Origin: the human T2T-CHM13v2.0 reference genome, Homo sapiens
DNA: 64,000 nucleotides
Assembly (NCBI RefSeq): GCF_009914755.1
Contig: NC_060927.1
Strand: one strand, 5' to 3'
The position numbers were made by a program, and so were the translations under genes. Positions 45,541-58,549 of the stretch are shown piece by piece; position 1 is the stretch's first letter; each line of letters begins with the position of its first letter. The notes beneath the pieces were generated by a model, which did no database searches, was not told the origin of the DNA, and worked only from the letters and a program-made list of their open reading frames with translations.

Positions 45541-47205
45541 TGGAAAAAATCTCAAATGGGATGGTAGCCGTGACCAAATTAAAATAATATATTGCACACT
45601 GGCTTACCCAAGGTTCCAACATCATAAGATTATTAGTTCTCAGATCTTAGGTTTCTAAGACTGTTGTCAAATTTAGGTAAGACTAAGGAAAAACAAAAAT
45701 TCAAAAACAAATTCAGGTAACACTAAGGAAAAACAAAATTTGGGTGTTACTAGGTTATCAGGGAGGCATAAAGCACAGCAAGCCAGTGAGAAATAAAAAG
45801 AACATCAAATTAGAGCCTGAGAGTTGCTCACAGTCATGCACTTTTATTGAATGTCTTTATCTACTCCTCAAAGCTGGAAGGGTGGTTAATCCAAGTAAAA
45901 CCTGAACAATTCCTCTGCCTGCTTCACCATGAACTCTAGACAAATGGAGCAGCGGTGTCCAGACACTTTCCCAGGCCAAGGCCTATTGGACTCAAGGTGG
46001 TTCAACTCAAGAGACTGTGAACATTTGAAAATGTTGATGCTCTTGGAGAGCCCTGCTTAGTATCCCAGCTCAACAAGATTATAAAATGATGAGAAGAATG
46101 TGGGAGCAGACCTGGCTGCTCAAGGTCAAGAATGAATAAATAGAAAAGTCTTCATCTATGGTTTCAACACAGGAACTAAAAATAAATGATGCTGGAACAT
46201 GGAAGTCTCAACGATTGCTAGTCATGGCTAATCTTGAGTGCTTATCTTACTGGTTTTGTTACGAGCAATCGCCTGAGCTCTGTCTTTATTCTCTCTAAAC
46301 AAATCTGAACTTTTATAACCAGATTCCTCACATTATTTTGGCAACTGATACATGGGCAGCTATTTTTAAAAGTGAATGCAAAAAAAAAAAAGGAAAGCTG
46401 ATGTATGCTGTGAAGCAGCCACCGGCCTGGCCGCTGCGGTTCTGCCTCCTTGACTAACACAAGAAGCAAGGGCCACCTGAAGAATTTCTGCATGAAGCAC
46501 ACAGGGGCCGCTTGCAAATAAGCTCATCCAGTTTATTTCTTAGAAACATAAACACCCTGGGTGCAGCTTTTTCAAGAAACTGTCAAGTCTCCTTCCTTAC
46601 ACTGTCAGTTAAAAGTGAAACTCCTGTCTGTGGGTTACTGACCTCTGCACAATTTTTAGGAAGAAAAAAAAGTTTAAAAACTGATTAGCTGATATCTATC
46701 AGCCAAAGGGCTTCCTTACTTGGAAATGAGACTTACTATTTGGCATTGCACTGTCAAAGTTGGTTGGAAGTGGAAAATCTGAATATGGGGGTGGGAGGGA
46801 GGGGTATTTCTGACACTTACATGAATACTCAGGAGGATTTTTAAAAGTAATCTGCCTAGATCAAAAAACAATGCTTGACACACCGAATTTCCAAGTTAAA
46901 AATATATAACAAAAGCAAGAATCATTCTTATTAAAAAGTTTCTCACCATTATTTTGACTTCAGATAACTCTTTAGGGATAATTTCTGGGAAAAACCATCT
47001 GGCTGGAATAGTTAACAATAAATTAATATTTGGGCTCTGTGATTTTTGGCTCTGCCATTTACTAGTTCAATGACCTGGTAAGTCACTCTTAATTTCCTTG
47101 ATCTTTAGTTTCCTTATCTGTAAAACAGGAATGACTCCTTTATCCCTAGCAGGTTGCAGGGAGGATGGTAGGATACTAACTGACATATGTATTTAAAAGC
47201 AGAAC

Positions 47206-47523
<318 letters not shown>

Positions 47524-48309
47524 AAGCAGAACAATGGATGATGGGAACTTTGGGCCATCATACTATTGTTTCTATTTTTGTATAGGTTTTAATTTTTCCA
47601 TAATAAAATATTTTTTAAAAGACAAAGGCACAGTAATAATTTATTTTTTTTCAAACAGAAGAGGAAATTTTTTGGTGTAACGATGGAAACTGGTTCAAAT
47701 TTTCCTCCTAGCAAATTGAAAAGCAGTACCAAATCTGAAATCCAGAGTTTGATTTTTCTATCCTGATTTGACTGTCAACTGGGCATCTAAGAAAAAGGTA
47801 ATAGAAACTTGCAGTTTCCCATTTCCCTTCTTCCTTCCAATAGAGAAAAAAAATGAGAGCATAGTTAAAACTTAAGTCATATTTATTTTTTTAATCTTAC
47901 AATGCTGACTTCCCTGAAATCCCTGTATCCATCTAGAAAGTTCAAGACTTTTATGAAAATACCCCCAAGAAACCAAGAGATTTAAAAGCATGTGTGTCCC
48001 ATGACTCAGAGTGTTCATTCTGCCTAAACACCAGTGAAAGTGGTTTTTTGTTTTGTTATGTTTTGGGTGTGTTCATGTGTACATGAAGAATTGGTATTGC
48101 CACTTTTTCTCCCTTAATTCAGAATCAGAAAGGAATCACCAAAACACTGGAAAATAGCAAACCAAATGAGACAGGTGGAAAGGGCTTCCAACTCTCACCC
48201 AAGGTAACTGGTCCTGGTTGGAAGCTCAGCACCTCCTCCCAGTTAGGGCTCTGCCCTGGAGGCTGTCCCTTTAAGTCAGACTTCCTGGTAAGGCTGAGAG
48301 ATTTCCGCA

Positions 48310-48451
48310 TGCAGCTTCCTGGAGACCGTATAAGATAAACAATAAACTTTGCAACAAAATCATGGACAATAAGCCCCACGTGGCTGTAACAAGAAGCAAT
48401 TATAAGCATTGACAATGGCTAGGGCATTTCCAACAGGAATGCAAGTCTGTG
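48310..48451 (+). repeat. Local direct duplication B, copy 1 (~142 bp)
   Basis: Roughly 80-85% identical to 51544-51683. Confidence 0.9.
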
Positions 48452-48686
48452 ATAAACAGGGGAGAAACATGCTACCCCACACCTGCACAAACTAAATGAT
48501 GTGTAAAAAATAGTTCCTAGCCTCTCATCACATTGAGAACTAGTTGCTTCCAAATTCAGCACTCTTTTTAAAAAAATCATTGTCTAAGAGGAAAGCAGTC
48601 AGGCCTTTCTTAAAGCACCACTACCTATTAGATGAAAGCTGCTGAGGCCCAGCGACACTACGTGTTCCTTACTCCATGAGTCTCTG

Positions 48687-49219
48687 TGTTACAGGAAAGG
48701 GGTCCTGATCCAGACCCCAAGATAGGGTTCTGGGATCTCATGCAAGAAAGAATTCAGGGCAAGTCCAGAGAGTAAAGTGAAAGCAAGTTTATTAGGAAAG
48801 TAAAGGAATAAAAGAATGGCTACTCCATAGACGGTTGCCCATTTTTACAGTTATTTCTTGATTATATGTTAAACAAGAGGTGGATGATTCATGCCTCCCC
48901 TTTATAGAACATATAGGGTAACTTCCTGACGTTGCCAAGGCATTTGTAAACTGTCATGGCACTGGTGGGAGTGTAGCAGTGAGAATGACCAGAGGTCACT
49001 CTCGTTGCCATCTTGGTTTTGGTGGGATTTAGCCAGATTCTTTACTGCAACCTGTTTTATCAGCAAGGTCTTTATGACCTGTATCTTGTGCTGACCTCCT
49101 ATCTCATCTTGTGACTTAGAATGCCTTAACTGTCTGGGAATGCAGCCCAGTAGGTCTCAGCCTCATGCTACCCAGCTCCTATTCAAGATGGAGTTGCTCT
49201 TGTTCACATGCCTCTGACA
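48687..49219 (-). mobile_element. MER41 (MER41A-like) ERV1 solo LTR
   Basis: Termini tgttacaggaaaggggtcc and caagatggagttgctc...gcctctgaca; ~530 bp. Confidence 0.88.
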
Positions 49220-49685
49220 TAAGGGTCACCCTTTGAGTCTCCTGCAGCTGAACCCCCTACCTGGCTAGCTTTGGGGAATTCCCCAACTCAGGAACCAGAG
49301 CCCACATTCTACCAGAGGAGATGAGAGTGCCATACACTTGCTTCCCAGCCTCCCTTGCAGCCACAGCATGAGAACATGAGCAGGCTCAGCCAATCATGTG
49401 CTGGGATGCAAAGCGGCAGGGCCGCTGCAGACCCCATTCTGCGAGGGTGGTGGCAGCTTGCAGAGGCAGAGTAAGGGTAGACTGGGTAGCCACAGCCTAC
49501 AACCAGCATTGGTGGTGCAAGCCATGGCGTCTACACCTACCCAGCAGTGGTAGCAATAGTGTCTTTACAATAACTGTTTGGTGGTATAATTTGGAGTTGT
49601 CCCTGTTTCCCTGGTCCTTCCGAAATTCTCTGAGCTACCCTAGACACTGTAATAAATTCATTTTCTGCTTAACTCAGCTGTGTCA
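49220..49685 (+). mobile_element. Old ERVL LTR relic (LTR16/LTR33-like)
   Basis: cttcccagcctcccttgcagc...cagccaatca...aataaattcattttctgcttaa. Confidence 0.55.
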
Positions 49686-51304
49686 TCACTCAAGTTCAGC
49701 TCACAGGAGGCTTCCCTGACCAGGCTGTCTATAGGACCATGCCTTATACCCCACCATCGTTATTCTCTATCATGATACCCTACTGATTTCCTTCCCACTA
49801 CTTATCACATCCTGTAACCAATCCACTTCATTATTAACAACAATACGAACCACCATTGACTGGGGGCTTGCTATGTGTCAGATGGTAGGCTAAGCTAATT
49901 TAATTCTTTTATTATCCCTAGTTTATAGATGAGGAAAGAGGCTCAGAAGGGTTAAAAAAAGTTGTCCAATGTGCCAAGCTTGGCAGTAATGGAATAAGGA
50001 CTGGAGTCTAGGCCTGCAGCACAGGTTCTTACCACAATACTCATTCAGGCAGTGACTGAATACACACTGGCCACAGTGCAGGCACCAAAGCCACAGGACA
50101 GCCTGGCTCTCATGGAGCCTGGAGGCTGGTGGTCCAATCTCCCACCTGGTATTCTACCCATCACCCAAAAACCCTTCTTGGGGAAGAAATGCAGACTGAC
50201 ATGTGTAAAGATGAGACCAGCTTCCTTTGTTCAACAGAAATGTGCCCAGCTCTGTGTTCAAAGCATCAGGCATGCAAAAATACCTCAGAAGCTCACAGGC
50301 CAGAGGAGACGCAGACCTGTACACAATGCTCACTGCTCAACCTGCTGGTTCCCACAGCCTCGAAGCACTAGGCTGCAGAGGAAGAAGCCAGGGACCATTC
50401 TCAGGGTCTCCCCAATGACAGTGCCATTCCAGCTGGTTGTCAGTGATGTATAGGAGTTGCCAGGCTGAGGAGAGGGGGGTCAGCGCAAAGGTGAGAAGTG
50501 GGAACAGCAAAGTTCATTCAGGAGGCGAGGAGACAGTCAAGGGGTCTATGGAAGGGACAGGATGCGAAGGCCAGGGATGAGATGCTTGGAGCCAAGGAAG
50601 GAGTTCCAACTCCACCCTGCAGGAAATGGGGAACCAGGGCAAGTTTCTCAGCCAGAACAGCTGCATGACCAGATAGAAATTCTTTTTGTCAAGAACAGTG
50701 GCCATGGCCATAGAATACAGTACTAGTCAGATGCTTTTCCTATGTATTTTTAAAGTACACAAACATAAATATATTTGCTGAAAGCCAGGAATTGTAATAA
50801 CAAGAAGTTCCATTTCTATGCTTTCCAACTCCCTCTCCTGGCTGAGTAAGAAGTGAAATAAGTCTGCCCTTCCAACAGAAGGAGTTAAACACAGCCATTC
50901 CCTCCTGTAATGTGAAATTACACAGAGCTCTCACATGGATAATTTATGGAGAAAACAAGGAATTCCCCAGCTACTTGATTTTACAACTCCAATCACCCAG
51001 ATTCCCCCAGTGTGATAACAAGAACCTCACCTCTGGGTTGTGTCATCATTAAAATGAAAAGCTGATTTTTATTTTTTAAAAGAATGTGTGTGGTTGAGCC
51101 ACAAAGAGCCTCCTGGGTTGGATGAATACCCCGGGAGGGGTGGGAGGAGTCCCCAGAATGACCCTTTGAGGCTGAGAGGGACTCATACTTAGTAACAGGC
51201 CCCAGGGAATGCTGTGTTAAGTGTGCAGCCCCAGAGGTCTGGAAATGCCAAGCCAGCCGGGGTGGTGAGGGCATAGCAACCAGAACACAGACCAGAAATA
51301 AAGG

Positions 51305-51705
51305 AAGGCAGTTTAGCACAGAAGTGAGGAATAGGAGTTCTAAGCCAGATAACCTGGGTTCAAATCCCAGTGCTGTCACTTAATGCGTGACCCCTGATCA
51401 TTTACTTAACTTCCCTGTGCCTCTGTTTCCTCCTCTGGTAAATGGGAACAGTAAGAGGACCCACTGCAAAAAGTTCTTGTGAGAATCAAATAAGTCAAAT
51501 ATGTATCATTGAGCATAGTGCCTGGCACATAGTAAGTAACAATTGCAGTTTCCTAGAGACTATAAGATAAACAAGTAATTTTGCAGCAACATGACGGATA
51601 ATAAGCCCCCATGTGGCACAACAAAAAGCAATTATAAGTGCTGACAATGGCTAGGGCATTTCCAATAGCAATGCAAATCTGTGTAAATAGCTGTTGCTGA
51701 TACTA
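51305..51705 (+). mobile_element. MIR whose 3' end is interrupted by duplication B copy 2 (51544-51683)
   Basis: cctgggttcaaatcccag...cctggcacatagtaagtaacaat[insert]taaatagctgttgct. Confidence 0.8.
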
Positions 51706-53714
51706 CATATAATAATCTTATATAAAAGTATAATATATAACATAAACTTATATTTTAAATATACGATATGTAACATTATATAATATGGTAATAGTGATTT
51801 TATTATGATCTGCTTTAACCCAATTTAACAAAGAATTTTTCAACAAAAATGAGGGGTCTGAGGAGGGGAGCCCCAGGATCAGGCACCTAAAGTGTGTTTG
51901 TGCAGTATTTCCAACCACCTGGAGGTTCAATGTCAGGGATACCTACCATGGACCACAGAGCCAATCTGCTAGGCCAGAGTCCAGGTGGTACCGCATATGA
52001 GCTGCAGAGTTGGGAAAGTCATTTGACCCATAAAAAACAAACAAACAAACAAACAAAAACCTTGATTTCCTCATCTCTGCAAAGGGGATAACAATAGTAC
52101 TGCCTTCACAGTTTGTGTCAAGCACTGGTGCTCAATTTTACATTTGTTTTTACATAAATATTTCTAACAACCTGTGAATCAAAAATGATTATGATGTCTA
52201 TTTTATGAATGAGAAAACCTGAGGTTCAGAGACGTTAAGCAATTGCCAGACAGCACACAGCTAGATTGACATGCAGGAAATCTACCCCAAGCCAGCACTC
52301 TAAGCCAGCCCTCAATTCTGCAGACACATGCAGCATGAGAAGGATGCACCAAAGCTCTTCAGAGCAGGAGAGTATTAACCAACATGTGTGCTGGAATCAC
52401 CCTTTAAGAAGGGCACGTGTTTCCCCACTGCAGACCCCAAAGCTTATGGCACCTGTAGGCAGTGAAAAGAAACTCCCCCTTGTTGAGCATCTACTATATA
52501 CCAGGCACCATGTTGAGTGTCCTGCCACATCATTGCCACCTTATCACCACAGCAACCCTCTGAAGCAAGGACTAGAAGACATTGAGGCTCAGCGAGGTTG
52601 GGTTCCTGGCCCATGGTCACAGAGCTTTTCAGTGGCAGCATCCCTACACACATCTGGGTCCGTTCTGCTCCCACTCAGGCTTGCAGACAGGCTCTGAAAA
52701 CACTCCTTAATGTCCCTTAGGTGCTCCTCTCCCCCTCATTACCTCCCACTTTGAAAGCACAAAGCTGCTTATTTTGCAGCAGGAAAATGACCATGGGGGC
52801 TGAGTAGGGCCATGGTGCAAACTACAATTACTGCAGACAACAATTTGCATTCCAGATCTGAAATGTGCTCAGGGCTCCACTTGAGCCCTGTAATCAGCTT
52901 AGCCTTTGCCCAAATCTCTCTTGAAATGAAGACATATTAGATGAACTGAGACACAGCAGGGTTTGGAAAATGTGCCTCTGCCCCCCAGTGAACTGCCACC
53001 TAAGGAAAAACTGTGCCAAGAAACAGCCAGGGTTGAGTGGGATTTAAGCCCCAGAGAGGTTGAATTCCTCTGCTGCAGAACAAAGAAAACAGCAGCCAGG
53101 ACAGTAGACAGGCAGGGCCACATGGGTAAAGAATCAAAGGCAGGAAATGCATTACATAACACACGGGCCTCAGTGAGGAGGTGGAATGGCCACCCTTCCC
53201 TCCTTATCAGAAATTGCTGTCTTGCCTATGAGTCACATGTCAGGATATAGCGACCTTGCTGCACAGGACAATAAAGGACACCCACAAGGTCAGCAAAAGG
53301 CCTACTATGTGCACACTGTGAGAAAAGGGGCATCCTCTGCATTAAAGAGAGACCTCCAGGAGGGCCTATCTAGGACAAAAAGGCTGCAATTTGGGTCCTC
53401 TGGATTGGGGAAGAAGGGTCTAGAAAGGAGAGTGAGAGTGGGGGATACCAGAGTTTTTAACCCTGACTGTGGCCTCTTCTACTCATTCTGAACTACAGAA
53501 GGATTTGCACTAATTATTTCAGTCCCAAGTGGCTAGAGTCATGGCTCCTGGTTAACTGAAATTTATCACAGCCCAACTTTCTTCTGCTACAGAAAGAAGG
53601 GACGGTTTACATGCCAATTTCCATCACCCCAAATCCTGACTAAAGAGCTTCACATGAAATCTCTACTGAGTCGACAGTATCTGCAACCTGAATCTAGACC
53701 ACCCTAAAAATCGG

Positions 53715-53872
53715 AATGTTTCTCAAACTTTAATGTGCCCACACATCACCTGGGGATCTCAATGAAATGCAGCTACTGCTTCAGGTCTTGGGTGGAGCCT
53801 GAAATTCTGCATATCTAATATGCTTCCGGGTTCTGTTGCCACTAATGTCCCATGGACCACACTTTGAGAACC
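53715..53872. mobile_element. MER5A-like relic
   Basis: tttctcaaactttaatgtg...catcacctgggga...ggaccacactttgag. Confidence 0.75.
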
Positions 53873-55561
53873 TTACTAGGGGACATGGAATGACTTAAGC
53901 AGAACTCCCCAAAATGTATTTCCTATGTTTCCATAGTCACGGTGACAAGTGGTGACTTCATTCTAAGAGCAAATAAGTAAACTCAAACACTATGTATCTT
54001 TAAAATTATTGTTTCCAGGCTCAAAACTTCAGCACTTCTATGTTATTTTATTAGTAGCTAACAGGATGACTGTTCTTGAAGGAAAGCCTTGTGTAGATGC
54101 TATTAACTGAGGAAAATCCAGTAGAGCTTCCCTTGGCTGATGTTTCCGGAATAGCCCTAGATCCTCTGAGGTATAAAAAACCTGAAGCCCCAAAGGACAA
54201 TGCAACTGACAATGCTTTTGCCAGTGCTCTCCCTCACCGATGACCCTCTCCCACTCTTGGGTGGCCAGCCCATTGCAGTGCAGCCACATTCCTGAGTCTG
54301 GGTCAACTACCAGCCCCCCCCTCCCACCAGCTGTGGCTGGGATCCTCTTCAGGAGGTCCTCATCAGTCACAGTTGCACCTTCCCAATCTGACAGGTACCT
54401 TAATAAAACCATTCATCTAATCCAAAGCATTTTTTTTAATGGCTGGAGTTGGCTGTCCTGTCCCGTTATGCAAACAGTACACAATGAGATGCCGATAGCA
54501 TCTCTCTACCATTGCCAACACAAACCCTGCCAGGCCAGCAGAAACGAACCCGGTGGCTGTAAGCAACAATAGTTGCATGAGTTTGTTTAAACAAACACAA
54601 CTAACAACAGGTGAAAATGTTTTGAACTCCTCCTATTGCTAAACCAGAGACTTTTAAGGTTGGTTTCTTCTAGAAATAAAACCAGCGTCAAGCATAAGGA
54701 ATGAAAGGCAGCTGAAGGGAAACCACCCAGAAAGCAAACTTCGTGTTTCTTCCAGCAACACACACAGAGGCACAGATTTTGGGATAGATTTTTGACGAGA
54801 ACTACCGATGTTGAATTAATTGAGATACTTGCATTGTCTTTGCCTCAAAGTAAGGATTCTTTCCTAATCTTGTTCACTGCATTTTTTTGACTTTTGCTCT
54901 TTGAGTTTGGTAGTGGAAATATTTCTTAATATATTAAAGAAGTTCAGTGCCACTAAATAACATAAAGCAAAAGGAACTTTAGTCTTTAAACCAAAACCCT
55001 AAAATATATTTTTTAAATGCATGTAGTAAGTGAAGGGAAATGGGCATTTATTGAGGTAGGGAGATGATGTTCAATACCACGCTCCATGGAGGGCATTTGA
55101 CAAAGCACATCAGAATGACTAATGAAACCAGATGGGTAAGTCATTTCCTGAGCAACAGGTATCAGGAGAAAAGAAAGAGCGAATCGAGGACAAGTATTTT
55201 AGTGGCACATATGCTGCGCCTCTTAGTCACTCTGGATAATGAGATGAGTATATTTTTAAAAGAAGAAAAAAATGACATGACATCAAGACTGGAAGAATAA
55301 GGCAGCAGGAGGCTTTATTATGTTTCAAGAACAGCAAATCCGATCCATTTGTACCAATTCTGTAGACCTGAAAAACCTATTCCAGTCTAAACCTCAAGGC
55401 TTTTCCCTCCTTGAGAAGTTTGAGAAATTGCTGATGAACTTCCTAATGCCTGGCAGAGGTTCTTCTTAAGAAAAAACACATTAGACTATAATTACACAAG
55501 TTCCGTGATGGGAAACATACTGTTGGGTGGAAGTTATTTTTTAAAAGCCACATATCTTTTT

Positions 55562-55867
55562 GGCCAGGTGCAGTGGCTCACGCTTGTAATCCTAGCACTT
55601 TGGGAGGCCGAGACAGGCAGATCACTTAAGCCCAAGAGTTCAAGACTGTCTTGGGCAACATGGCAAAACCCTGTCTCTACAGAAAATACAAAGATTAGCC
55701 AGGCATGGTGGCATGTGCCTGCAGTCCCAGCTACTAGGGAGGCTGAGGTGGGAGGATCACCTGAGCCCAGGAGGTCAAGGCTGCAGTGAGCCATGATCGT
55801 GCTACTGCACTCCAGCCTGGGTGACAGAGTGAGATCCTGTCTCAAAAAAAAAAAAAAAAAAAAAAAA
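55562..55867 (+). mobile_element. AluJ
   Basis: Full dimer; TSD aaaagccacatatcttttt. Confidence 0.93.
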
Positions 55868-57654
55868 GCCACATATCTTTTTCCTAAAAAAAACAAATTT
55901 GCAATCTGTAGTTATCTGAGTTTCATAATTAAATTAAGGGGAATACACAGGCTGCCATATTAGGTATTTTTCTCTGATTTTTCCAAAGTGATATTCCAAA
56001 GTACTGTCCCAAGCAAGCACTCAGAACTCATAAAAATAATGTGCCCAACACAGAGAGGCACCACCATTCAGCTACCTATTAATTCCTTGGAATATGAATC
56101 TTTTGGTCCAGGATGATTGCTTTAGAGCCATGATTTTTTTCTTGGCTGAGTACACAGTATCCATTCTTATCAAGGTGCTTTCCTCCCCTCTCAAATATCC
56201 AAGTAAGATTTATGGGGTTTTTTTGTTGTTGTTGTTGCTGTTAGAAAAAGAAGACAAAATTCCTCCAAGTTCACTTTTACCAAGTTCTCACATTTGAAAC
56301 TCCTCCACAAACATATGTGATGCCATATTTTAAAATTCCATCTTAAGTAAGCATGGGATTTAGTCCAATTCATTGCATTTCTGACTTAGATTCATTTCTG
56401 TTGCCTGTTGGGGAGGATTTTTATTCTTAAACCTTAAAACCTAAGACTCCACTCAAAATTGCCATTCAAATATTTGTCTTATTACTTCAGCTTTTTGTTC
56501 CCTCAAATATAAAATTAATACATGCACCCCATAGAAACGTACGAAAGTCAAAACAAAACAAAAAAAAGTCATGTATAACCTCACTTCCCAAAAGGAAACC
56601 ATTATTAATATTTCAGCGTATTTTCTTTTAATCCTCTCAAGTGCTTTTTTTCATAGCCCAAATTGTACTGTATATACAATTTTGTTTCCTGCTTCTTAAA
56701 ACATACCAATAAACATTTTCCCTGAATTAAAACTCTTCCTCAACCTCCCCTTGTCACTTACAACTCATATGAACAAAACCACACTTTACACCAACTGCCT
56801 CACATTAGTGGGCATTCACACTTTTTCCACTTTTTTTCTGTCATTGTAACTGCTGCAGCACTAAACATTTTCGTGCATAAGTCACATCTCTGGTGACTTC
56901 TGTGGGATAGATTCCTAGTCGTGGAATTATTGGGCCAATAAACTTACATATGTTTATGGTTCGTGACATAAATAAACAAACTGCTTTCCAGAAAGATGAC
57001 CAAGTAACACTACCACTGAACACCTGTGACAGAGTCCATCCTACAGTACCCTCACCAGCATTTTGAGTTATCACTTAAAATGCTAATTCTGAAGCTTTAA
57101 AAAATTTCCAATCCTCAGACTGACCTGCTGAGGTCAATGATTTCAACTGTTACCTCATTATCAAAATAATCTTCTTTTATCCTTCCAAACAAGATGTTAA
57201 TTTGTACCACATCAAAACTGCAAACATGAGAGGAATGTAGTCATTTGTTGCATATTCTCATTGGGCAACTAAGGTGCCATGATTAAGAAGCCAAGAACAG
57301 TTAGTTCAGTACCAGTCTGCGGCAGTACACAGAGATGCATGCAAAATAAAGTCAGAACCGAATCTACTGCCAAGCGTCACAAGATACACAAGATCTGAAT
57401 TACCATCAGTCAACACCTATCAGAAGGAATACATAGAATGTTCAAGAATATATTCAGACTACATTTAAAATTCATTCAATAGCTTTTTGCACAACAAATT
57501 TTCTTTCTTCCCTCTAAATTGGTACATCTCTCCATATGCAGCAGGAATGTCTTTTTTATTTAAGGGCACATTTACACAAAGAGCAAATGGTCCAGACTCA
57601 GTCTTCCATAACCTAGAGTCTGAATTGATCACTCTATAAAATGGAAAAATGTTT

Positions 57655-57981
57655 CTTTTCTTTTTTTTTTTTTTTTACTTTTTTTTAGTTTTTAACTTTT
57701 TTTGAGACAGTGTCTCACTTTGTCAGCTAGGCTAGAGTGCAGTGACACGATCACAGATCACTGCAGCCTTGACCTCCTGGGCTCAGGTGATCTTCCCATT
57801 TCAGCCTGCTGAGTAGCTGGGACCACAGGCGCGTGCCATCACACCTGCCTAATTTTTGTATTTTTTGTAGAGACAGGATTTCACGATGTTACCCAGGCTG
57901 GTCTTGAACTCCTGGGCTCAAAAGGGTTCACCCGCCTTGGCCTCCTAAATTGCTAGATTACAGGCTTGAGCCTCCATGTCC
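57655..57981 (-). mobile_element. AluJ
   Basis: Full dimer; TSD aatggaaaaa. Confidence 0.9.
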
Positions 57982-58042
57982 CAATGGAAAAATTATTTGT
58001 AAAAAGGAAAGTTTTTCTAGTATGCTAGAAATGTTTGGGGAT

Positions 58043-58416
58043 TGATATGGTCTGACTCTGTGTCCCCACCCAAATCTCCTCTCAAATTGTAATCCCCATA
58101 ATCCCCACATGTACAGAAAGGGTCTGGTGGGAGGTGATTGGATCATGGGGGCAGTTTCCCCAATGCTATTCTCATGACAGTGAGTGAGTTCTCACAAGAT
58201 CTGATGGTTTTATTAGTGTTTAACAGTTCTTCCTTCACACACTTGCTCTCTTGCCTGCCACCATGTAAGATGTGCCTGCTTTCCCTTCCACTATGATTGT
58301 ATGTTTCCTGAGGCCTCCCCAGCAATGCAAAACTGTGAGTCAGTTAAACCTCTTTTCTTTATAAACTACCCAGTTTCGGGTATTTCTTTACAGCAGTGTG
58401 AAAATGGACTAATACA
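58043..58416 (+). mobile_element. THE1 (THE1D-like) MaLR solo LTR
   Basis: tgatatggtctgactctgtgtccccacccaaatct...aatggactaataca; near-TSD gggat/tggat. Confidence 0.9.
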
Positions 58417-58549
58417 TGGATATAGTCCTCACATTCCCTTCCCAGGATATTTGCCCCACTTCACCAACGTTGTCCACAGCTCCTGCTGAGTGAATATAGC
58501 ATAATAGTAGTAGTAGCAGGGATGGAGAGAATATTTACTGAGCAGTTAC

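Noticed and set aside
45669-45741. ~33-bp imperfect tandem duplication
   Set aside because: Ordinary slippage-type event with no functional cue.
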